A stretch of 64,000 nucleotides of DNA from Octopus vulgaris (GCA_951406725.2 OX597841.1:1240001-1304000); one strand, 5' to 3'. Shown: positions 24,120-39,555, numbered from the stretch's first letter. The notes: generated by a model not told the origin, from the sequence alone. Numbers and translations are program-made.

Positions 24120-24338
24120 TATTTCTTTATTACCCACAAGGGGCTAAACACAGAGGGGACAAACAAGGACAGACATAGGTATTAAGTCGATTACATCGAC
24201 CCCAGTGCGTAACTGGTACTTAATTTATCGACCCCGAAAGGATGAAAGGCAAAGTCCACCTCGGCGGAATTTGAACTCACAATGTAACGACAGACGAAAT
24301 ACAGCTATGCATTTCGCCCGGCGTGCTAACGTTTCTAC
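24120..24338 (-). mobile_element. SINE family B long form with an 11-bp target-site duplication
   Basis: CAAGTGGTACC occurs at 24109-24119 and 24339-24349. Another B copy lies at 24853-25082. Confidence 0.9.
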
Positions 24339-25334
24339 CAAGTGGTACCATCAAGCTGCTGATGGCTCTTGTAGTTGTGGCACGTAAAACGCATCCGTTG
24401 AATGTTGGGTGATATGCCATGCTTGGGAAGACCCGTCAAGCCAAGTGACATCATAATTGTGGCCAATGCCAGTGTTGCGCAACTTTCACCCATGCTGGTG
24501 ACATGTACAAAGCACTGTTCGAAGGATGGGCGTCGTGGAGGCAGTGACAGGTAGAATAACAATGCCAGAACAGGTATTTCCCAAGTTAAAAAAACATTCT
24601 TTTAATTGGGAAATGTATGTCTTTCAAAAAATTCCTCCAACACAATAATATTCTGTAGCTTGATTATTGTGATTAGAAAGACTAGCTAATTACTCATATT
24701 TGGTCTTCTCAAAGAATTTCCAATCAAAATTAACCTTCTTTTATTGCATTGCAAAGCGTGATTGGCTAAAAGTCTTGAAGGCCTTGTAGCAAAATGCTAA
24801 TTGTTTTTTTCTCCTTGGAAAGTGTACTCCATTTGAAAATAATGTTTAATACATATTTCTTTACTACCCACAAGGGTAGTAAACAAGGAGACAAACAAGG
24901 ACAGACATAGGTATTAAGTCGATTACATCGAACCCAGCGCGTAACTGGTACTTAATTTACCGACCCCGAAAGGATGAAAGGCAAAGTCGACCTCGGCGGA
25001 ATTTGAACTCACAACGTAACGGCAGACGAAATACGGCTACGCATTTCGCCCGGCGTGCTAACGTTTCTGCCAGCTCACCGCCCTGCCAGCTCGCATAAAT
25101 TGCCCTACATACGCACTTTCAAATTTGAACAAAACTAGACACTGCTTTTGTACATAATCATACACCTGCCATTACTTTACTTAGTTATTCATATCTATGT
25201 ACACATGTGGTTATTTATTGTTTGTGCTGATGCCTTTTGAGTGGTGACTGAGCCAGGTTTTTTTTCTTTTAATTGAGGTAAAGGTATAGTTAACAGCGTT
25301 GAACCTTAATAAGGGTGTAACGTATTTACCCAAG

Positions 25335-25612
25335 TTATAACACCATCTCCTCCGCAATAGTTACCTTGTGCAGTCATACACCTGTCCTCCCAGCATTCCT
25401 GTCACTTTTGGAATCCGGGGCCTGGAAGTTGTTTTCCATAAGTGAGTCGAAGAACTTCTGCAGTTCACTCTGGATCTCAACAGTGGTGTTAAAATGGCAA
25501 CATTTGAGCTGTGTTTTTTATCTAGGGGAAGAGATGAAAGTCCACAGGTGTTAAATATGGTGAATAGGACAGATGCAGAAGTGATACCATGTTGCTTTTG
25601 ATGAAAGAATCC
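25335..25612 (-). mobile_element. mariner transposase C-terminal remnant
   Basis: Minus strand gives SYSPYLTPVDFHLFP (YSPDLAPxDFxLFP motif) and DRCMTAQGNYCGGD, with stops and frameshifts. Confidence 0.8.
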
Positions 25613-25614
25613 TG

Positions 25615-26215
25615 TTGTGTGTGTGTGTGTGTGTGTGTGTATGCGTTTGTGCCTGTGTCTGTCCCCACCGCCACCACCACTGTTTCACAATCTGGTGTGT
25701 TTATGTTCACATCCCTGTAACTTAGCAGTTCGGCAAAAAGTGACCAATAGAATGTTAGTATCAAGCTTTACAAAAATAAATTCATTCACCTGAAGGTTCT
25801 TCGACTAAAAGGCGATGCTCCAGCATGGCCGCAGTCAAATGACTGAAATGAGTAAAAGAATAAAAGATGTATATATATATGTGTGTATATATGTATGTGT
25901 GTGTGTGTGTGTGTGTATATATGTATATGTGTGTGTATATATGTGTGTGTGTGTGTGTATGCGTTTGTGCCTGTGTCTGTCCCCACCGCCACCACCACTG
26001 TTTCACAATCAGTGTTCATGTGTTCACGTCCCTTTAACTTAGCTGTTTGGCAAAAAGTGACTAATAGAGTTAGTATCAAGCTTTGGAAAAAAAAAAAAAT
26101 CCCGGGATGAGGCTGGGGTCGCGGAGGGTCAATTCATTCACCTGAAGGTTCTTCGAGGCGGTGCCCCAGCACGGCCAGAGCCTAATGACTGAAACACGTA
26201 AAAGATAAAAGATGA
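25615..26215 (+). mobile_element. Two tandem 3' halves of SINE family A
   Basis: GTATGCGTTTGTGCCTGTGTCTGTCCCCACCGCCACCACCACTGTTTCACAATC is duplicated at about 25639 and 25957. Confidence 0.85.
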
Positions 26216-26634
26216 TGTAAAAAACACAAAACAAACAAACCACCGTCGCGGTTCAAGAATCGGTTGCACGTCAGCGGGGTCACTTCGTGTCGGGTCTGTT
26301 ACCTTGGAACCCAATATCATTCAGCGCTGCTGCATGTGAGAAAGGGGGGTAGAGTGCGGGGGATCATTTATCGGGTGTGTGTGTGGGGAAGGGGCAGATG
26401 TAATATATATATATATATATAACCACCAGAACATCGGTCCTGCGTGGGGTGGGGGTCTTGCAGTTAGAGGTTTATGTCCCACCCCACCCCACCCCCATCC
26501 GCGCCGGTTGGCCAACAGGCTGCATGCCAGGCGAGTGGTGGATCAGAGCCGACCAGGGGGTTACACAGCGATATTGACACGTGGCTAAAGGCTAGCCAAG
26601 GAACCGTACCGCTGCTACCACCACCACTACCACC

Positions 26635-26677
<43 letters not shown>

Positions 26678-26694
26678 TACTACCACTACTAATT

Positions 26695-26730
<36 letters not shown>

Positions 26731-26741
26731 GCTACTACTAT

Positions 26742-26776
<35 letters not shown>

Positions 26777-26779
26777 TTA

Positions 26780-26820
<41 letters not shown>

Positions 26821-26870
26821 AGTGATGGCTGCCATGTTTGACCGTTGCAAATTGTTGTTCTTATTTTCAG

Positions 26871-26900
26871 GCTGTTCACAAAACGTCATCTGGCCGAAGA
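26871..26900 (+). other. Candidate 30-nt microexon (host gene unknown)
   Basis: TTGTTGTTCTTATTTTCAG | 30 nt, open in all frames | GTGAGT. Confidence 0.3.
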
Positions 26901-27204
26901 GTGAGTCTTCCAATAAATTGTCTCAATCTGCACCACTCACAAGTTCTCTTTTATTGAAACCTGCTCTCTTTATTATTATTATTATTATTATTACTATTAT
27001 TATTACTATTATTACTATTATTATTATTATTATTATTGGTATTGATCTTCTTTGCTCTTGTTCTTATCTTGTTCTTGCTCTTCTTCTTCTTGTTGTTCTT
27101 AATCTTCTTCTTGTTCCTCTTCTTCTTCTTCTTATTCTTCTTCTGATTGTTCTTCAGCAGCATCTATTGCACCACCACTTTCTTTTCTTTCATTATTATC
27201 AACA

Positions 27205-29275
<2,071 letters not shown>

Positions 29276-29644
29276 CATGCAAAACCTTTATATATCTTGA
29301 CCTTTGCTCAAAATGAAACAAAGATGGCAAACAGATTTTTTTTTTTTCTCTTTCTCTCTCACACACACGTCTGCACATATATCCCTGCACACACAACCTT
29401 TCCACTCACGTTTCCCCGATCCCTCACACCGTATCTATCTCCCACAGTTTTGACCTCCTCACGTTTACCACTTCCTCTTTTGCTCTTCCCCCACCCCATC
29501 CCATCCCAGCCTACACATTACAACCTCACTAAACAAATATAAATAGTTTTGACTATTTATTGCAGCTGATCCATGAAACATAGAATGGCAGTGCCCTCTG
29601 TAGTGTAAATAATGACACAAGCATCTACGAAGTGCAGGTAACTA

Positions 29645-29848
29645 AGGCGGAAAGCTAACAGAAACATTAGCATGCCGGGTGAAATAATGCTTAGCAGTAT
29701 TTCATCTCTCTTTACATTCTGAGTTCAAATTCCACCGAGGTCGACTTTGGGGTTGATAAATTAAGTACCAGTTGTGTACTGGGGTTGATCTAATCGACTG
29801 GACCCCTCCCCACAAATTTCAGGCCCTGTGCCTAGAGTAGAAAAAGAT
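29645..29848 (+). mobile_element. SINE family B short form
   Basis: AAGGCGG..GAGTTCAAATTCCACCGAGGTCGACTTTG..GTGCCTAGAGTAGAAAAG. Confidence 0.8.
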
Positions 29849-29890
29849 ATATACCTCAACTGGTGCACACGTTCTCAAATCCAACCGAGC

Positions 29891-29929
<39 letters not shown>

Positions 29930-30828
29930 GATAGATAGATAAATAGATAGATAGATAGATAGATAGATAGACAGATAGATAGATAGATAGATAGACAGAT
30001 AGATAGATAGATAGATAGACAGATAGATAGATAGATAGATAGACAGATAGATAGATCGATACATAGATAGATACACACACACATATATGTATATATATGT
30101 ATATATTTAAACTCAAAATGGAGCAGGAATACAATTAGGAGAAAAAGAATGAAAAACAAAGCAACATGGGTGTCCTCTCATCAGCTATGGAGGCCAGACA
30201 ACCAGTGCAGTTTCAGCACATTTAAAGCCTGAAGATTTAAATTCCATGGCACTACTCATCTACTCGTGTCAATGACAAACAATATTATCACTTATGTGAT
30301 GAACAAAGAAGGACTAGGCAAGAAGGACAACAACATATATATTGTTTTACCTTCTTTCAGAAGCAATAAGTTGTCAATAAACCAAGAATTTATCTCACAT
30401 AGTTTTCAGTTGTATAACTGAATTCTCCCACAAGATTTTAACTTAAGTGGCAGAGCACTCTATAGATATATGTTAGTTTAATGTATTTTTCTGGCTGAAT
30501 CAGTGTGGTACGATACAACAAACCTGTAATTTTTTATTAACAGGCAGAAGCAAAGAGAGCAGGAGAGAGAGAGAGAGAGTTCAGTAGAGAGGGAAAGGGA
30601 GTGAGATGCAGAGAAAGAGAGAGAAAGAGAGAGAGAGAGAAAAAACAAGCTCTAGTATTGGATGTGTTATTCATGTATTGATTGGGAAAGGATCAAGGAC
30701 AAATTTGAGTTTGGCCAGATTTCAACAGAGAGAGCAGAAAGCAGTAATGAACACTGCAAGGTATTCGAGCAAGTGCTCGAATGATTCTGTCAGCTCTCTG
30801 TGCTATACAGACAGAAACACAAGCACAT

Positions 30829-30900
<72 letters not shown>

Positions 30901-31734
30901 TATATCTTTACACACACATATATATATAGATACACGCCTACACTCACACATGTACACCCAGTATATTTGTACATACATCTCATTTTCATTCCATATCCTA
31001 ACAGAACCCTTATTCAAGGGCCCTAATCCATTACATTCCCATTTTAAGTGGACTTCATTTTCCTGTCTCACTCTTCAAAATCTTCAATGTTACTTTTTTT
31101 TTTTCTTCTGCATGTCTTTGGAAATTACGCATATGCTGGAAGCACCATTGTCTTAAAGTTGTGCACTTTTGATATTCCGATATTTTCATTGAGTTGTCTT
31201 GGGTTTTTTTTCTTGGAAATTATCTCGGAAGATGTACATGTAAGCGTGTGCATGTCTATAAGTATGTGTGTGTGTGCGTGTGTAAGTGTATCTGTGTGTG
31301 TGTACGTGTGTATGTATTTATGTATGTACACACACACACACATGTACATACAAAGACACATACTATACATAATATGTATACATACATTCATACATATACA
31401 TTTATACATATATATATATATATACACACACACATATATATATATATACACACATACACACACACACATATATATATACATATATATATATATGCACATG
31501 CATATGCATATTGTAATTATCAATCAATTTATCTATATATGATATATATATATCTGTATGTATGTATAGAAATTCATACATATGTTCACTCATATATTGA
31601 TCTATGTGTGTATATATGTGGTTGTGTATACCTTTGTAAACATATAAGTATAATTATGCTCATGCACATATGAATATATATATATATATATATATATGAT
31701 TATGTATTTAGGCAAGTATACATATATATATGTA

Positions 31735-31782
<48 letters not shown>

Positions 31783-32090
31783 AGGCTTCTTTCTCTCTTT
31801 CTCAATAATACATTAGAGCAAAAAAAAAATGTTTCTTATTTTTTTTTCGAAAATTTAGGAAAAAAAGTAAAGAAAGACTCACTTCCTATGCAAAGAGTCT
31901 AGTCAAGTGTGAAAGATAAAGAAATTGTTGGATTAGAAGGAGATTAGAGGGAAGATAAATAGCAAACATCAGGTTGTGTGGTAAGGAAAGGATGATGATG
32001 ATGATGATGGGGATGATGATGATGGCGATGGCGATGATGATGATGATGGTGATGATGGCGATGTTGATGATGATGATGGTGATGTTGATG

Positions 32091-32121
<31 letters not shown>

Positions 32122-32167
32122 CGATGTTGATGATGGCGATGTTGATGATGATGATGATGATGATTAT

Positions 32168-32460
32168 GATGTCTGTAGTTAGGGCGTTGGTGTGGTGGTG
32201 GCGATGGTGAGGGTGTGGATGGTGCTCATTCTGATGGTGGTGGAGATGATGATGATGATGATGATGATGATGGTTATGATGTCTGTAGTTAGGGCGTTGG
32301 TGTGGTGGTGGCGATTGTGAGGGTGTGGATGGTGCTCAATCTGGTGGTTGTGGTGATGGTGGTGGAGATGATGATGATGATGTCTGTAGTTTGGGCGTTG
32401 TTGGTGGTGGCAATGGTGAGGGTGTGGATGGTGCTCATTCTGGTGGTGGTTGTGATGGGG
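32168..32460. repeat. Three ~100-110-bp repeats within a (GAT)/(GGT) tract
   Basis: GATGTCTGTAGTT(A/T)GGGCGTTG..GAGGGTGTGGATGGTGCTCA at about 32168, 32278 and 32379. Confidence 0.85.
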
Positions 32461-32954
32461 GTGAAGATGATGATGATGATGATGATGATAATGGTGATGA
32501 TGAGAATGGCTGTGGTGGTAGTGGTGGTAGTTGTTGTGGCAGTAGTGCCGACGACATTGATGATGGTGATGGGTGATGGTTGTGGTTGTGGTGGCAACGA
32601 TGAATATGATGATGATGACGGTGGTTGTGGTGGTGGTGGTGCTGATGGAGGTGGTGTTGCAGCTGACAACCCTCGGCCCACACCAACCAACCAACAGCAA
32701 CAACAATAACAACAACAGCTGCTGTAGTGTTGATGATAAAGATGATTATGATCATGATGATGATGATGTTGTTTTTGATGCTAAGAAGTATCACGATCAT
32801 AATGCATAGAGTGAGGATTGCCCTACATAACCACCCTGCTGTCAGTGTTCTCCCACTCAGCCCCACCCATTAGCAGTTGATGTGATGATGTGAAAATGAA
32901 ACTAATTTATATAATTGATATAAAATAAATATATAGCTAGAATTAAATACATAC

Positions 32955-33009
<55 letters not shown>

Positions 33010-33019
33010 TGTATATATA

Positions 33020-33077
<58 letters not shown>

Positions 33078-33079
33078 TA

Positions 33080-33126
<47 letters not shown>

Positions 33127-33529
33127 TATATATATATATATATATAGATATATATATATATATATATATATAGATGTATATATATTTATATAAAACGCTA
33201 TGAAATGCAATGTATATAGAGAGTGTATGTATGTATGTATGTTTGTGTGTGGTGTTGTTATGCATATTTATGATGCGTGTATATGTGTGTATGTATGTGT
33301 GTGTGTGTGTGTATGTATGTACATATATATATATTTTGATGTATGTACATGTGTCTGTGTGTGTTGTGTATTTGTTTATATTTCTGATGCATACATATGT
33401 GTGTATGTATGTATGTATGTGTACAAATTTATGTGTATGTATGTATATATATATATATATATTATATTTGTATTTCAAAACAACATCTAAATATATATAT
33501 ACACACATACATTAATACACATTTATATA

Positions 33530-33603
<74 letters not shown>

Positions 33604-33717
33604 ATATACCTGTGTGCTATGTATATTAATAAACATATATATTCATATGGATATATGAATGTGCATGTGTGTATGAGTATGTTCCTATTCTCCCCTACAC
33701 ACACAAACCCCCATGCG

Positions 33718-33761
<44 letters not shown>

Positions 33762-33894
33762 TATATACATGCATGCATACATACATATATTCATATCATT
33801 TCTTAAACTATACATCTTTACAATACATTTTTTTGTGAACTGCTGTTTAAATGATCTCTTATATACCCTCCATTCAACTTACCCCTTTCTCTCA

Positions 33895-33925
<31 letters not shown>

Positions 33926-35147
33926 CATACATACATACGTGCATTTGTGAGTATATGTATACATACATACATATATGTGTATATATATCTGTGTGTATAC
34001 AAATATATATATATAAGAGTGTATGTGTATATATGTATATATGTGTGTGTATACATGCACACACGCATGCACGCATTCATTAAACACACCCACACACCCC
34101 ACTCTCCCAGCACTTACACAATCACTCAACCAGCTCACCCACTTCCCTCTCTCTCTCTTACTCTCCTCTACATGCACACACACACACACTCACACACAAT
34201 CACTTAATATGCAAACACCCCCACCCCACTCCCTCCCCACCCACACCTTTCTCTCTGCCTCCGCATCTACAAACTCACATACAATCAATTCCAGTGATGG
34301 CAAACACACACACACACACACACATGCTCACATGCACACACACACACACACACACACACATGCACACACACCCATCCACATTTGCGAACGTTACACTCGC
34401 CGTGCACTGCAGTCCAATGCACATTTGCATATGTGCATTTATTCCATATGCTTATAATACATTAACATTAAAACTGATCTGTCCCTCACAATCACTCACA
34501 AAGGACACGTAGATTATCACTTTGTCTTTTATACACGTGAGTGTTTGTGTACATGCATATAGATAGATAGATACACACATATATACATATTTATATATAT
34601 ACATATATATATACATATATAAATATATACATTCACATATACATATATATATACATACATATATACATATATACATTCATATATATATGTATATATATTC
34701 ATATATATATATGTAAATGTTAAAAAAAATACAAACTTGGACAAGAACGTGAAACATTTTGAAGACGACAGAAAAACACAGACGGGAGTTTCGAAGCTCT
34801 CAGTCGTCAGTCAAGAACCAGATCATCTTCGCAATTTCGGCTGATTAATCTTGAGATTGCTCCAATCTGGGCAGCCCGCCAAGGGAAATCTAAGCCAGTC
34901 ACATTAGATTCCTTGGAAGAAAACCTCGAAAGTATACAACATGGTGACGGAAAAACGGACGATGTTACTCGAAAAAAATTTCAAAAATACGTAAAAACAA
35001 TAACGATAGCATGGATAAGAATACACAATAACGTAAAAACAATAATAACAAGACCAGGACGTCAGGACAAGCGTCTTTCGACAGGAAGAGTTGAGTATAT
35101 ATATATATATATGTATTGGAAGGTTTGGAGATGATGTACAGGTCTTA

Positions 35148-35303
35148 TATATTAGAAGAAATGAGGTACTCAGAAGGTCGGATGGTTTATATTTACAGAT
35201 ATTTATTTATATATTACATTTTATATAAAAAATGTAATATATAAATAAATATCTATAAACATGAACCATCCGATCTTCTGAGTACCTCATTTCTTCTAAT
35301 ATA
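35148..35303. repeat. Near-perfect ~156-bp palindrome
   Basis: TATATTAGAAGAAATGAGGTACTCAGAAG.. mirrors ..CTTCTGAGTACCTCATTTCTTCTAATATA, with the centre near 35225. Confidence 0.9.
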
Positions 35304-35471
35304 AACATATATATATATATATATGTTTAAGTAGTTGAATGAATTATCCTAGTATGGATAATTCAGTTAACCGATACCCGGGTAACAAATTTACATCAGA
35401 AAGCACGGTTGAAGCTACATGCCAAGGGCAGGAATCACGTGCTTTCGTGTGGAAATTTGTGTGTTTTTTAC

Positions 35472-35758
35472 TATAGATAAATGAAAGAATGGAGTCGAAC
35501 GACGATTTAACAAAATTCCTTTATTCTCGAGACATGTTTCGAAGACTGTATATTCCTAATTCTGAAGGAATAAAGGGTGCATTATGCTGTCTTCTCATCA
35601 GGAAAGACCAGGAACTTATGTCAGCATCATGATGAGAAGACGGCATAATGCACCCTTTATTCCTTCGGAATTAGCAATATGCAGTCTTCGAAACATGTGT
35701 CGAGAATAAAGGAATTTTGTTAAATCGTCATTCGACTCCATTCTTTCATTTATCTATA
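35472..35758. ncRNA. Inverted pair of hammerhead-containing 129-bp arms (Penelope-like pLTR fold-back)
   Basis: Arms 35472-35600 and 35630-35758 with about 6 mismatches. Each reads (C/A)TGATGA-GAAGAC...GTCTTC-GAAA-CATGT(G/C)-TC-GAGAA outward from the centre. Confidence 0.75.
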
Positions 35759-35824
35759 TATATATATATATATACGTACAAATTTTTATGTATTGATTAA
35801 GTCTTTCCTTGTTTGTTTTGCAAA

Positions 35825-35880
<56 letters not shown>

Positions 35881-35929
35881 ACATATAAATATATATATGT
35901 AAGTACAAAAGATTAAAATATATGAGACA

Positions 35930-36575
35930 GAAATCCACATCTGTTAAATCTGGTGAATAAGGTGGGTGTGGAAGTGACACTGTGTTGTTTTTGGCAAGAA
36001 TCTCACAGGTGAGCAGAGCTTGGTTCCAGAGTGCATCGTTGCCATAAAGGGCCCTATTCTTTGTGCTCCACAAATTGAGTTGATTTCGCCAAATGCCCTC
36101 CCTCAAATTCTTCAAAACATTGCAGTAGAAGTCTCAATTGATGGTCTGACCCTGGGGATGAATTCTCCATACACAATACCACATTTCCAGGAGTGACACT
36201 CATGGTAGTTCTTATCATCTTGCAGGGACATTTTTCTACAATTGAAGCACCCGTGCCTCTAGAAACATTGCACACGGCCCATTGCCTTGTCACCATAAGC
36301 TTACGAAAGCATGTTCAATGTCTTTGTAGCAGACTTCCAAAGTTTAACACAAGTTTATGTTGGTACTTTGTTCCTGGCCATGACAAAATCACAGTCTACA
36401 GCAGACATGGGATCACGGAAACACCAATTCCATTATTTGTAGAGTAAACTCAGTGGTGTCACTTGGCACACTGCTTCATGAAGGTCACTGTTAGATCTTA
36501 CTGTGCACAAAGCCATGTGCTGCTATCTGTTGGTGCACAGCAGAACTAGTCTGGGAACTTTTAGATACCGCCTAG
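35930..36575 (-). mobile_element. Internally deleted, degenerate mariner transposon
   Basis: Minus strand: TIR-like GGCGGTATCTAAAAGTTCCCAGAC, an N-terminal HTH-like VKLWKSATKTLNML.*AYGDKAMGRVQCF, and HPPYSPDLTDVDF (mariner YSPDL motif). Confidence 0.85.
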
Positions 36576-36667
36576 CATTTACACACACACACACATACAT
36601 ATACATTCTCCCACACACACACATATATATATAAACACACACACATGCACATATACATATATATACT

Positions 36668-36698
<31 letters not shown>

Positions 36699-36702
36699 GT
36701 AC

Positions 36703-36737
<35 letters not shown>

Positions 36738-37328
36738 GAGATTCTGCACAGTTTCCATCTAGTGAATCCACTTCAAAGGCATTGCTCAGCCTGAGGCTAT
36801 AGAAAAAAAACACTAACCCAAGGTGCCATGTAGTGGGACTGAACCTGAACCCACATGGTTGATAAGTGAAATTCTTAACCACACAGCCATGCCCCACCTG
36901 CATACACACACACACACACACACACACATGATTCCTTTAAAGAACTAACATTTCACCTTTACTAATTCCAAAGCCATTTTCATTTTAAAATCCTTTACAT
37001 TTAAAAAACAACAAAATTTACTTTTTTTTTCCATTTGCTTTCATTGCAAACCTCTCCTACCAACACCACCACCACCACCACCACTACTACCACAGCCCCA
37101 CCCCACAATGTGATGACAATCTGGGTGTCATTGCTGCAATGCTGAAATATGAGTGTGAGCATATGTTCATAATAGTCATGTGTGTGCATATTGTAGTGTG
37201 TGCATGTGTGTATGTATACACATGCAAATATGCATAGACACACGTGGATATGTGCACATATGTTTGTATATATATACATGTGCATGTACATATACATATC
37301 TCTCTCTGCCCATATATATGTGTGCATG

Positions 37329-37365
<37 letters not shown>

Positions 37366-37394
37366 GTGTGTGTCTGTATCTATATATGTGTGTA

Positions 37395-37441
<47 letters not shown>

Positions 37442-38499
37442 ATATGTGTATGTATGTATATACACCTATATATATGTATGTGTGTTCGTGTATAAATATG
37501 TATATATATATGCATCTATATATATGTGTATATGCATATATATGTATATATATATGTGTGTGTGCATATATACACACATGCACACACACTTATATTTATG
37601 CCTAAGAGCTAGTGTGTGTAAGAGTGCACATATCCCTGTAAGAATGTGCGTGTGTGTACCCATGAGTATGTAAAGATAAAAGATACACACACACACACAT
37701 TTTCACACACACACACACACACACATGCGGAATGTTTTAATTTTAATTTCATATGAACTAATCAACTTAAAGAAAAATATAGGCCAAATCTTCAAATCCT
37801 TGACATGTATATGATAATGGAATTAAAAATTAGGGAAAAGAATATAGAAGGATGTACCTTCACCACTTATTGAAACTGAAGAATTTTCTGTTGTGGTTGT
37901 TATTGTTGTGTAGCTCCCTTTTAGCATTAATTCTCTTGTAAAAGACCCTCCTCTCCTGTTTGCTTTCTTTTTGCTTCTTTTCATATCAATAATGTATTTT
38001 ATCTGATGTGTCCTTAGTTTAATTAAAAATAAAATGTTTAAAGTGCGTATAAGCTTGGGGGAGGTTTGCCTTCTGTCTAGCTGGATGAGACGACTGTGCA
38101 ATGCGTCTTCGTATTTTCTTACGTACGCCATCATCATCATCATGAAATTTGTCATCATCATCATCATTTTCATCATCATCATCATCATCCTTATCGTTTT
38201 CAACATCATCATCATCATTGTCATCATCATCATCATCATCATTTCACCATCATTATCATCAGTCATCATTATCATCATCATCATAGAGAACCAGCACCAT
38301 TTCGAGGGTTGGTGATGCATTTGTTTCCAGTCTTCCATGAAAAAAATAGAAAGTGGGTGAAACATATCTGGCCATGGGGTAATATTATGCTGCTGGCAAA
38401 CAGTTGAGAGTTGGTGACAGGAAGTGCATCCGGCTATTGAGAATGTGTCCCATCTGACCAAAAAAGAATTCCATTCAAACCCATGGAAAAGATGTTAGA

Positions 38500-39440
38500 T
38501 TGATGGTGATGATGGTGATGATATTGGCAATGGTGACAACGATGATGATGATGAAGATGATGGTGATGATGATGAAGTGGATGATGATGAAGATGATGGT
38601 GATGGTGTGAGGATGATGAAGAGGATGAGGATGATGGTGATGAGGATGATGATGATGAAAGAGATGATGATGAAAAGGATGATGATGAAGATGATGGTGA
38701 TGATGATGAAGTGGATGATGATGAAGATGATGGTGATGGTGTGAGGATGATGAAGAGGATGAGGATGATGGTGATGAGGATGATGATGATGAAAGAGATG
38801 ATGATGAAAAGGATGATGATGAAGATGATGGTGATGATGATGAAGTGGATGATGATGAAAAGGTTGATGATGAAGATGATGGTGATGGTGTGAGGATGAT
38901 GAAGAGGATGATGATGAAGTTGATGGTGATGATGATGACGATGAAGATGATGGTGATGATGATGAAGGTGATGGTGTGAGGATGATGAAGAGGATGAGGA
39001 TGATGGTGATGAGGATGATGATGATGAAAGAGATGATGATGAAAAGGATGATGATGAAGATGATGGTGATGATGATGAAGTGGATGATGATGAAAAGGTT
39101 GATGATGAAGATGATGGTGATGGTGTGAGGATGATGAAGAGGATGATGATGAAGTTGATGGTGATGATGATGACGATGAAGATGATGGTGATGATGATGA
39201 AGGTGATGGTGTGAGGATGATGAAGAGGATGAGGATGATGGTGATGAGGATGATGATGATGAAGTGGATGATGAAGTGGATGATGACGATGACAATGAAA
39301 GTGGCGGTGATGATGGTGAGGGTGGTTTCGATGATGGCGGTGGTGAAAGATGATGATTGCTGTAGTGGTGATAGTGGTGGTGATGTTGATGATGATACTT
39401 GTGGTGGTGATGATGATGATGATTATGATTATCACGATGA
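38500..39440. repeat. (GAT)n-derived minisatellite with 134-bp and 235-bp higher-order periods
   Basis: GAAGTGG marker at 38574, 38708, 38842 and 39077; AAAAGGTTGATG at about 38858 and 39093. Confidence 0.85.
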
Positions 39441-39555
39441 TGCCAATGTTCATTCTATTTGTAAATTTCTCATCCTTGTATTCGAAAACTAAGAAGAAGT
39501 GCATATGCGCTTGTCTGTCTGTGTGTATACATCAATGTGTGTATGTGTGTGTGTA

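Noticed and set aside
29566-29637. 72-nt segment between TTGCAG and GTAACT
   Set aside because: There are stops in all three frames and the donor abuts a SINE B head; at most a non-coding exon.
30660-30800. Plausible-looking peptide IDWERIKDKFEFGQ..
   Set aside because: The sequence is a decayed reverse copy of SINE B (GAAAGGAT..AATGATTCTGTCAGCTC).
34778-34815. CTGACGA...GAAAC..GTC on the minus strand of the 34726 repeat
   Set aside because: Stems I and II do not pair properly, and the 8776 copy lacks GAAA.
37823-38130. ~100-codon non-repetitive minus-strand ORF with a basic patch (MKRSKKKANRR)
   Set aside because: It has no recognisable domain, its start derives from an (ATG)n repeat, and an ORF this long is compatible with chance.
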